A DNA stretch of 64,000 bases from Nageia nagi (lineage: Eukaryota; Plantae; Pinophyta): the NCBI GenBank assembly GCA_050084985.1, contig JBITNC010000001.1:101246001-101310000 (forward strand), read 5' to 3'. How positions within the stretch are numbered: position 1 is the stretch's first letter; each line of letters opens with the position of its first letter. A program made the position numbers and the translations under genes. This document shows, one piece after another, positions 38,608 to 49,330 of the stretch. The notes under the pieces are model-generated. The model did not search any database. It was given only the letters and a program-made list of their open reading frames with translations, and was not told the DNA's origin.

Positions 38608-39239
38608 GTTGAAAGCACTTCACCTCTTGGGCGCACCTTTTAAGGAGGGCACTTTTTCACTATACAAAATCCATGCGCCCAAATACAAAACTATGCCAAA
38701 TTTCTCAAAAATGACCAGAACTACCTCCGGATAATATGCAATGAAGGGGAATGCCAGTTTTTCAATGAAGAGTGCAGTTTAGACATGAAAAATGCAAGAA
38801 TTGACCATGATATGCACAAAATGAAGTTGGGTGTACCATTTTTGTTGAGTGCAAAAGCACTCCCTCAAAAACATGCACCTAAGGAAACATGATGGTTTTG
38901 GACTTGTCACTTGAATATGCAAATTTTGCCACATTTATCCTTGTTTGGCTTTGAAACTTGTGCATTTAACTTAGAAAATTTTCATGCCTTGTCTTTCAGT
39001 ATGATGAGGGTCCTCAAAAACGCAAAATTTTTGGGGGGTGTTATGCAGGCACAACAAATTCTACATTAAGGTAACGCACCAAGATCTAGAGAGGTATGCA
39101 ACTAAATGCGATGCATGTCAACACCATAGAGGTGAAGATATTCCATACCGAATACTATTACAACTTCTGCATGTACAACAACAAAAATGAAAAGAAATCT
39201 ATATTGCATAATTGATGGTCTTCTAGTGTCCACGGAAAT

Positions 39240-39840
39240 GAACAAATAGTTGATTACTTGACAAAGTAGGCATATTCTATTTTGATAAATAAACCAAACT
39301 CTATATTAAAGCTTATGTCAATAATATTCATGATCACCTTTTCACTCGTAACTTTTGAAAAAATTTGTATAAACAAAGAAAATCTTTGGCAAGGAGTTCA
39401 GCATATCATACTCAAGCTGATTGTGTAACAGCGGTTGTAAATAAATGCTTAAAAGAATATTTTCGTATCTTTTCCACTGAAAAATCAAAATTAGTGGCTC
39501 AAATGGTTAAATCTTGCTGAATGTTGGTAAAACACTGCATAACATAATTAATTAATATTAATCCATTCACTAGTCTTTGTGGTTATGAAACCCAACCCTT
39601 GAGGATTACCTTGATACTAACCATGATGAATCCCAACAAACAATGTTGCAACTACAAGAAATTTAGATCTTGCACAAAATAAAAGAAAGTAACAGGACAA
39701 TCAGGACAACAAACATCTCTAGCCATATAAGCAAACATTTCAAAAGAATAGAGGAAAGAATTTAAAATTGCCCCCCTTTTTATTGACTGTTTCAAGCCCA
39801 ACAGACATTTCAATATTGTAGCCAATAAAGTTGCCTTCCT
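39240..39840 (+). mobile_element. Old chromoviral Gypsy integrase remnant (continues at 45465-45690)
   Basis: VDYLTK*AY, SSAYHTQADCVTAVVNKCLKEYFR, WLNLAECW*NT, L*PYKQ; after element C: SSCIHILLHDS*L and chromodomain-like FLIK*K..ED. Confidence 0.7.
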
Positions 39841-41244
39841 TGTGATGTCCCCTTTGCATAGTTGTAATTAATCTTGGAATCTAATAGGTTCCTCTTGTAA
39901 TATATTTTATTAATGCCTTGTAATTTCATGTTTATGACTTAGGATAGAAGACTTAATGGGTCAATGGACCCCATTGTGAGCCACAAGTGGGACGTCTCCC
40001 TCCCAAGTCTAGATTAGGTATTATTAGTGCACTTGGAGATCCCGATCTTGATTGTGGGAATCCCAAGGTCTGTTGTTACACTGAGATGATGGATGATCAC
40101 TTATATGCTTGCTCCAGCATTAAGGAGGCTCCCCTACCCCCACATTGGCCCAGCCTAACACCTAGACCCCACATTTGCCCCCTTGACCCACGTGGGCATG
40201 CATGGCACTCCTAGGCTCTCACATTGGCACTTAATGCACCCTAGGCCCCCCCGTTGGCATGTTTAACCCTTAGACACCTACATTGGGTATTCCGGGCCCC
40301 CAAGAGGCCAATGTTGGATTAGATGAGCCAGATAATGACTCTTAGGTGAGATTCAGACAGAGCAAGTGTATAAAGAGATATTGGAGCCTCATTACTGGAT
40401 ATACTTAATTATTATTATAATTCATATCATCCAGAGGACAACAAGACTTAGCGGTGCTAAGCAAACCCCTAGGTGCAACATCTAGGAGGGCTTTCAAGCT
40501 GAGGGATCCTGATTGTCTACGGCATTGGCTCAGCACCCTTGCCCACCCGATGGTATTTCAAGGTATAGCTTCTACCTTCAGTGGTTTCCAAGATCATTGG
40601 AGGGCTCCTTCGGTGGAGAGGATTCGGGTTCTGAGGGAGCAATATTGTCCCATGGTTCGCGTATCAATCCAGCAGTAAGCAACATACAGATTGTGCCCTA
40701 GTTGGCTCTTTGGAGGCCAATGTCTAGCTCTGGGAGCTTGGTATTGTATTCTGGCTGGCACTTCGATCTCATATTTATATTGTGCATGCTTGTCTATTGC
40801 CATCGTTGGATTACCATTGCATGTATTTGTGTAGATTGGCCAGACATTGGCATTGTGAGTTTGTGTATATAGTTATCTGCTTGTATTGGCCAGACATTGG
40901 CATTGTGAATTTGTGTATATAGTTATCTACTTGTATTGGCCAGACATTGGCATTGTGAATTTGTGTATATAGTTATTTGCTTGTATTGGTCAGACATTGG
41001 CATTGTGAGTTTGTGTATATAGTTATCTGCTTGTATTGGCTAGACTTTGGCATCTTGGTGTTGTGCACGTTTCATATTGATGCCCTAGCTTAGACCTTGG
41101 CATATTTGCATTGAAATAACTTGAAGTGGATGCCCTAACCCTAACACTACCATATTGGGGGTTTGTGTGATTGTGATTGATGCACTAGGCCTAACGTCAA
41201 GGTGCTTGTAATCAAATTTGCTGATTATTGCTAGAGTCATTACA
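39841..41244 (+). repeat. 5' LTR of element C (contains a ~46-bp tandem repeat, ~40835-41055)
   Basis: Direct repeat of 44173-45464; ATTGGCCAGACATTGGCATTGTG unit present 4-5 times here and ~2 times in the 3' LTR. Confidence 0.9.
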
Positions 41245-41245
41245 G

Positions 41246-41272
41246 TGGTATCAGAGCTTGGATCTGGCCAGC
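41246..41272 (+). promoter_or_regulatory. Primer binding site (tRNA-iMet) of element C
   Basis: TGGTATCAGAGC one base after the LTR-terminal CA. Confidence 0.9.
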
Positions 41273-44172
41273 CTGTGCATGAGACCCACAGTGCATCATT
41301 ACTACACCAGGTCCAACACTTGAAAAGAGATGACATCTGCTAGGAAAAGCGAAAGATCACATACTGAAGAGATACCTTCTAGGGTCGTCCATGATGAGGA
41401 TCGCCAACAGTGGAGGAATGAGGGAACATTCGAAGAGGAAGAAGAGGTGAAAAAGGGAGAGATCTAGGGCCGCTAGGAGGAGTCTGACCCGATTCAAGAA
41501 TCCACCCTCGAACAGAAGTTTAATGAACTCATTTCAACCATTCATAGCATGACCGTAGTCGTTACCACTATGCAGTGGCAACTAAATAGACACATGGTGG
41601 GTTTGTGAGAAGCCTGAGAGGCAGATTAGCCCCCCATGTCTGCAACAGATGATAGAGAGGAGCCACATGAGGAGGATAGGCTAGATAGGGAGTTGAGTTT
41701 GAAGAGATCCTGTAGTTTGAGAGATAGGGAGTCAATTCACCACGGATCTATGGGGCGAGGTCCCATTCACACCGAGCACCCCAAGGTACAAACCCTCTCC
41801 TAGGGAGTACCTAGAGGAGGACGTTTGCAGGATGGAGGAGTAACCTGTCATCCCCAAGCCGTCCAAACCCATGTTTGTGAAGAAGTCCAGGGAAGAGACG
41901 AAGAATAGCGTTCTTGGCCCATTGGAGCTGAATTAGATTTTCAAGGAGTATTCCATGTTGGATCTGGGTTTGCGAAGAGATGTCAACTTCAACAGCTACC
42001 TGGAGATCTTAGGGTTGAAGGGGGGCATTTCACATGGTTTGCACACTCCTAGCAGTTCGTGGGGTGATAAGAGGAATCTATAGCAGAAGATCAATAAAAT
42101 GCAAGTGCAGATGTACGATGGGAAGCAGATGACAGCTAGAGCATGGTTGCATCAGCTACAAACTTATTTCACCTTAAGCCCTAACATGGTGGAAGAGGAT
42201 GCAATCCATTTTGCATCTTTGCATTTTGAGGGTCATGCCCTAGAGTGGTGGAAGCATGGAGTGATCAGCCAAGGTTATTCGCTCATCACCTCCTTTGATG
42301 AGTTTGTTTGACGATTGGTTAAGAGATTCAACTGAAAGAAGGAAAATGACTACTTCTAAGATTTGACATCAGTGAGACAATAGGGAATAGTGGACAAGTA
42401 CGTGTCACAATTTCAGAAGATTGCAATCATGATTCATCACATTCCTGAGGAGCGGTTGACATTCCTCTTCATCGAGGGTTTGATGGAGCCATTGTAGGGG
42501 ATGGTCAAGGTGTCCTCTCCTAGGAACCTCGATGACGCTATTCAGGACATATATGATCTTGAGTCGACGGTGAAATCCCTCAAGGGAGGGCAGACGCACA
42601 GAGGGCCAGTCACACAAAAGCCTTTTGCTAATAGAGAAGGGCCTAACAAGGCCAAACCCTTCCCCCCACCATGAACAAATCAGTTGGATGCAACCATTCG
42701 AAGGAATCTGAGAGAGGAAGGCAAGTGCTTCTACTGCAAGAAGACTTGGGAGTCGGGACACCATTGTCAAGGAAAAGGGCAGGTGCATTACATAGAGGTG
42801 TTTTCGGAGGATAAGTCGAATGATTCAGACCTGGAGATTGGAGTAGACACCCTAGATCAAGAGGCACCTCGAGCTAAGAGTACATTGGGGAGCATGATCT
42901 CTTTGCTACATGGGATGAAGAAGTACCTCACATTGAAGATTGTGGGGCAAGCAAGAGGATAGGATGTGATGGTCTTAATCGATCCAGGAGCATCCCACAA
43001 CTTCATCGATGCAATCTTTGCAGAACGGAAGAACCTGAAGACCAAGGGGTTTGAGGGATTCAGAGTTTCCAATGCCAATGAGAAACTCACAGTGGTAGAT
43101 CACATCGTTGGGAGGTTTGGTGCGAGATTTCAGAGTTGTACAATGAGGGAGGATTTCTACATCTACCCCTTGAAGGGGCATCCTCACATTATCTTAGGAG
43201 TGTTGTGGCTATTCGATTTGGGTGATATTCACACCAACTATTAGAAACTCTCTATGAGTTTTGAGATTGATGGGAAAACCTACACATTGTAGGGGATTGG
43301 AGATGATTGGCAACAAGTGGACAACAAACGGCTGGAGGTGATTGAGTGGTGTCAAAAGGAGGAAGTGGAATATGAGACCACGTTGGGAGAAAAGGAGGCC
43401 CGACAGGAGATGAAGGGCAGTGGGGACCTATACCCCATGTTGCAACCTAGAGAGCTTGGAGAGGCTACGTTGGGTCTTAGAGGAGCTAGGCATTCCACGC
43501 ATGGCCTTGGAGGGGATCTCTACCTCACATTGGGTACCTAGGAGATTCACCATCAAATGTTGAGCTTCAAGGAGTCTAAGCATTCCATGTTGAGCCTTGG
43601 AGAGGTTAGGCTTCCCATGTTCACTTTGAAGGGGTTTGAGCACCTAACGGCTGGGATAAGGGGATGTTGGCTCCCCACGTTGGACCTGGAAGTGTTTGTG
43701 CACTTGATGTTGAATCAAGTGGCAATCTGGCACCCCACATTGAGAGGTGAAGGAGTCTTGGGACACATAGGGGATGATTGGGAAGCATGGGACCCCACGT
43801 TGGGCTTGGGGAGGATTGGCTTCATCTAAAGAGCGAGAGATCGACTTGTTTTGACTTATCTATGATTTTCTTAAGGTTCTTGCAGGTACATGTCCACATT
43901 GATACACATACATCTTCATGTGTGCTGACAACTACCATGGAGCAGCTGATGATGAGTGACAGTTATAGCAAACCAGGGTGTTTGCAAGTTACATCGATGC
44001 ATGGGCATGACGCTTCAATAGTCTCCATCATACTGCCATCCTGGATGAAGAATAGTGAAGTTCCATTTCACCTTCACCAACCACTGTTATCAGGACTGAA
44101 GGATTCTTGGAAGACAATATGCTGCAATATTCCACCATTACTTGAGGGTAAGCAATTCGAGAGGGGAGGCTT

Positions 44173-45464
44173 TGTGATGTCCCCTTTGCATAGTTGTAAT
44201 TAATCTTGGAATCTAATAAGTTACTCTTGTAATATATTTTATTAATGCCTTGTACTTTCATGTTTAATACTTGGGATAGAAGACTTAATGGGTCGATGGA
44301 CCCCATTGTGAGCCTCAAGTGGGACGTCTCCCTCCCAAGTCTAGATTAGGTATTATTAGTGCACTTGGAGATCCCAATCTTGATTGTGGGAATCCCAAGG
44401 TCTGTTGTTACACTAAGATGATGGATGGTCACTTATATGCTTACGCCAATATTGGGGAGGCTCCCATACCCCCACGTTAGCCTAGCATGGCACCTAGACC
44501 CCACATTTTCCCCCTTGACCCATGTGGGCATGCATGGCACTCCTAGGCTCTCACGTTGGCACTTAATGCACCCTAGGCCCCCACGTTGGCATGTCTAACC
44601 CTTAGACACCCATGTTGGATATTCTGGGCCCCCAAGAGGCCAACATTGGATTAGATGAGCCATGTAATGACTCAGGTGAGATCCGGACAGAGAAAGTGTA
44701 TAAAGAGACATTGGAGCCTCATTATTAGATATACCTAATTATTATTATACTTCATATCGTCCAGTGCACAACAAGACTTAGCAGTGCTAAACAATCCCCT
44801 AGGTGCAGCATCTAGGAGGGCTTTCAAGCTAAGGGATATTGTTTTGTCTACGGCATTGGTGTAGCGCCCTTGCCCACCCGGTGGTATTCCGAGGTATAGC
44901 TCCTACCTTCAATGGTTTCCAAGATCAGAGGAGGGCTCCTTTGATGGAGAGGATTTGGGTTCTGAGGGAGAAATATTGTCCCATGGTTCGATTATCGGTC
45001 CAGCAGTGAGCGACATACAGATTGTGCCCTAGTTGGCTCCTTGGAGGCCAACATCCAGCTCTGGGAGCTTGGTATTGTATTGATATTCATTATTGATCAT
45101 ATATATAGCCAGTGGCACTTGGATCTCATATTTATATTGTGCATGCTTGTCTATCGCCATCATTGGATTACCATTGCATGTATTTGTGTAGATTGGCCAA
45201 ACGTTGGCATTGTGAATTTCTGTATATTGTTATTTGCTTGTATTGGCCAAACGTTGGCATCTTGGTGTTGTGCATGTTTCATATTGATACTCTAGCTTAG
45301 ACGTTGGCATATTTGCATTGAAATAACTTGAAGTGGATGCCATAACCCTAACGCTGCCATATTGGGGGTTTATATGATTGTGATTGATGCCCTAGGCCTA
45401 ATGTCAGGGTGCTTGTAATCGAATTTGTTGATTATTGATTGAGGTTGTGTTTTGGATCATTACA
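44173..45464 (+). repeat. 3' LTR of element C
   Basis: Preceded by PPT, starts TGTGATGTCCCC, ends CATTACA followed by the TSD. Confidence 0.9.
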
Positions 45465-45799
45465 TTCCTCTTCCTGCATTCATATTTTACTTCATGACTC
45501 TTGATTAGAAAACAAAGTGGGTCGTACCATACAAGTTCAAACCAACAAACTAGTTTTAGATGGTGGTCATATTGTATAGAACTAAAAGCCATTTTAGACA
45601 TACACACCAGTAACATACATTCCAGATAGGTCTTAAGGTTTTTTAATTAAGTGAAAGAGTTATTGAGAAGACATATTTGGAAGGTCGGTCAATTATGGAT
45701 AGTCATTCGGCTATCCCTATGTTTTGAGGGAAAAGTAGTCATAAGTTGGGGAAGAGATGTTATAGGTATAATTGGTCATTAATATTATTATCTAATAAT

Positions 45800-46880
45800 G
45801 GCATTATAGATGAAGTTTGCTTCCCAAGCTCGCATTTGTAAGGGATATGGAGCTCTTTCCCTACTCGAGGGGAGTTGCTTCAAAGCTCACTTTGGAAGCA
45901 TCCCAGTTCGAATGAAGATCTTTGATACCTTGGTTAAGCCAACTATTACTTACGGTTCAAAGATATGGGGTCCCAATCTTGGTCTAACTAAAGGGTTTCG
46001 TGTTGAACAAGTATAGACACTTTTTCTTCGAAGGTTTATACGGTGCAAATGCATGGTCCGTCACTCCATTATCCTTGCAGAGTTTAGAGCTTCACCTATT
46101 CGGTTGGAGATTATCTCGAAGATCATTACCTATCTTCGTAGGCTTTGTACTTTGGCAGATACCCCTTCCGAGTGTAGAAGGTACCCATATCTTGCTTTAT
46201 GCTCTTCAATAGCCCTTTCTTTGAGTCTTAGGAGGAGACAAAGGGGGTGGTATTCTGACGTATCTATACTTCTAGAAAGTATTCAGATTCATATTGACAA
46301 ACTTCCTTCGTACTCCTTTGGAGTTCCTCAACCACCATCACAGAATAAGAAGGCAAAGATACTTCGTGAGATCCAGAAAGACATCACTCTCCATTATATA
46401 CTTTGCACTTGGATCTATCCCATTACCCTCCTCTCCCCCAAGCTATCCTTTTATCATGAGCATTATCTCCATATCCAAGATGGTCAAATAGTGCCTCCTC
46501 AATACCTCCAGCAATTTATGATACATGGTATACAAGTCTCCATTGGGCAACTTTGAGTATGCTCCCATCAGCTTCAAGTTGAACCAGATCACCATATATC
46601 GAAAGACGAGCGAATATGTATGTTTTGTTCCCTAAGAGAAGTAGAAACTCTGCATCATTTTAGTTTCCATTGTTCGATATACTATGAGATTAGAGGCAGA
46701 TTTTATTGTCTCTTCAAGACTGACTCTATATAAACATTTTTCAGTTATAAGAAGCAACGTTGTCTCAGAATTTACATTAGAGAAGTAATCCATTTTCGTT
46801 CGCAGCAAAGCTCTCATCTAATTGCCTCTCATCCACCACAATCTTGACTTATCACAAACTGCTTCACTAGTTCTTATAGA
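45800..46880 (+). mobile_element. 5'-truncated non-L1 LINE, ORF2 C-terminus (RTEX/L2/Crack-like tail)
   Basis: KIFDTLVKPTITYGSKIWG; IILAEF...PIRLE; IGQL*VCSHQLQVE...DERICMFCSLREVETLHHFSFHCSIYYEIR (C-terminal zinc-binding motif). Confidence 0.7.
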
Positions 46881-47899
46881 ACGAGGGTGGATATAGACGT
46901 TGGCCGAAAACTACCATATCCCAACTTTTACCCCCTTTTTTAATTTAGCTTGATGGATGGGTAAACTGAAAAATCTTTTTAAGGATTATAAAGAAAAATG
47001 AAAGATTGAACCTAGTAAGATATAAATGTTCATCATTTTTAAAACCCCTTAATAAGAAAAGTGTGGTTCATGCTTGGAAATTTGCCAAGTTGGCAAACCT
47101 CATTATTAACCTTGCTAGGGAGATTAAGGTGGCAAACTCGTCGTTGATCAGCTATCTAGCGACTGGGTTTCGCAAACGGTTGACAATCTAAGGACTTGGA
47201 ATTTTGTCCCTATTTTATTGGTGATAATCTTGGGTTTTAGTTTTGCAATTGTCAAAACCTCTCAACCACCTTGATTAAGTGGATGATGATGATTTGTTCT
47301 CTCTCCCTTTGCACTCATCTTCATTAAATTTCTATTTATGGAAGCTAACCAAATCCACGTGAAAACGAAGATGCTTGGCAGTTGGCAAATCGATGTTCAC
47401 GGAGCTTATTGTAGATAGTTTTCACGAAAACAAAGGGATGAGTGGTTAGATTATGGGGGATTAGGGTAAGGTCCCATGGAGGGGGATTTCCTAAAAAATA
47501 GAAGAGGATGTTGCTGAGATTTTTTAGGAAGATTTTTAAGTTAGTGGTTCCATGCTTGACAGCTTAAAAATTTAAGCTTCTAAATTTAAGCATGATTTTT
47601 CTTTCGAATTTTCCCTCCGGTTGACAAGTGGCATCAAAATCTTTTAAGTGGGTGGAGAAATTTCCAGCCCACCCCTTTTTCACCCGCTGAAATATGCAGC
47701 CATGAAAAATAGCCATTCCTATTTTGGATGAGAATATTCTAGTTAATCCTGTAGCATAAATTATTTTGCTCCATGGAACCTCCTGCTCCATGAAAATAGA
47801 TCCTGTAGCCCCCCGCATGGGACCTTACCCTTAGTGTTAAGAGATCCCAAATGATTTGGAGAACTTTCGAAGAGTATAACGGAAGGGATATACCCAAAA

Positions 47900-49330
47900 C
47901 AGATACATTAATAAGGTGCTGCAAATTGTTTTGATATGGCGCATGTTGCAGATGCGGTTCAGGGAATACAATATTCATGGGGTATGCACTACATGGGTGT
48001 TCTAAGAAGGCTTGTGAGCATTTTAAGCAGACGTAATCCTCAGGACATAAAGGAGACTCTGCAACTTTTGTCTACATTACCTTGCACGTGTCGTTGTGGG
48101 AGCTATAAAAGAAGATATGGAGATTTATAAAAGAGTAGTTGAAAATATTTTGCATCGAATTTTGTGGTTGTGAGTGCCCTGATAGGCATGTATGCAGAAT
48201 GTGAATGCATAGAGAAGGCATGCAAATTGTTTAATATAATGTATAACGCCGAATCAAATTCAAAGAACTACGATTATTGGAGAATTTACAATTCATGGCT
48301 ACAACAAGGATGCTATTAAACTCTTGATCTCATGGAGGACTTGGAATCCACTCTAACAGTATAACTTTGTACAAAACCTACTTTCATGCATTGGTTCAAT
48401 TGGTTAAGCAATCGTGCAAGTCTAGGGGATGGAGGCCATAAGTACTTTATTGGCATGAGCAACTCTGATTGCATTATTTCTTGAGATAAATCGTTGTGTA
48501 TGCATTGTGGCCTTCTTGGCCTTGCGGGTTGTCTTTAAGAAGTTGTGAACTTTGATGTCAAGATGCCCATAAAATCTAACTTGCTACATATTCTAAATAT
48601 AGTACCTTTGTTGCGATGCGAAGACTGATGATAAGGAATTTTCTTTTATAATACGTTGAGTGTGGACTCAATGAAGTATGAGTACCCATCAAAGAATAGT
48701 TGCAAATGTTTCTACATCAAATGTGAAAATGATATGCACAAAATGGGTATAATGGAAGGTTGAGAATTCCTCTTAAGGAAGCGTAACATAGGAGACAAAG
48801 AATTTGGAAAGGTATGGTCCTATCTATAGTAAGGGACTACTTGATAGTAGTGATACCGTCATTGTCAATTAAGAATTTACCATACTATTGTATGATGTAA
48901 GATCTCTAGCACATTGGTAATAACAACATGGTATGTTTAGTCATGAAAATGTAAATAGTGCTTAAGGATTATTTAAAAGATGAATTCATGGTGTTATGTG
49001 AAAACCTAGGAAATGAGTTCTTTATCTTTTTTTGAAAGAAAATAGATGAGATACAATAGTATGCATTTGGACTGCATATTGATTTGTGAATGGATGAGTT
49101 CACACTTGTAAAGAACCAAATGGTTAGTTATGATGTACTAGGTTGATGTAGAAGTATCAAGAAACCTAGTAGATGTGTCGAAATGTTGAATGAAATAATA
49201 AAGATATTATTAGGTAGCATAGCTACCAAGCGTTTACCTGATTTGGGAACACCCAGGATTTTTCCCGACCATTGGCTCAAATCTTGTGTTATGGTTGAAT
49301 GCCTTGGGTTTAGTTTGATGTCTCTCACTT
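47900..49330 (+). mobile_element. Possible decayed MULE/SWIM transposase remnant
   Basis: Coding-like fragments and a SWIM-like DC....LCMH motif at ~48466-48506; heavily degenerate, no ends identified. Confidence 0.3.

Larger units (their letters stand above)
11010..39056 (-). mobile_element. Element A1: ORF-bearing TG..CA element (putative giant solo LTR, ~7 kb net), outermost layer of the nest
   Basis: Ends TGTTGGTATGTTTT (11010) and GGGGGGTGTTATGCAGGCACAACA (39056); TSD AATTT/AATTC; homologous along its length to A2 in reverse orientation. Confidence 0.8.
39841..45464 (+). mobile_element. Element C: complete non-autonomous Gypsy LTR retrotransposon (gag + protease only)
   Basis: TSD TTCCT/TTCCT; LTRs 39841-41244 and 44173-45464 (TG..CA); PBS TGGTATCAGAGC; PPT GAGAGGGGAGGC; gag (AIHFASLHFEGHALEWW), CFYCKKTWESGHHC, protease VLIDPGASHNFI; no RT, RNase H or integrase. 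Confidence 0.92.
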
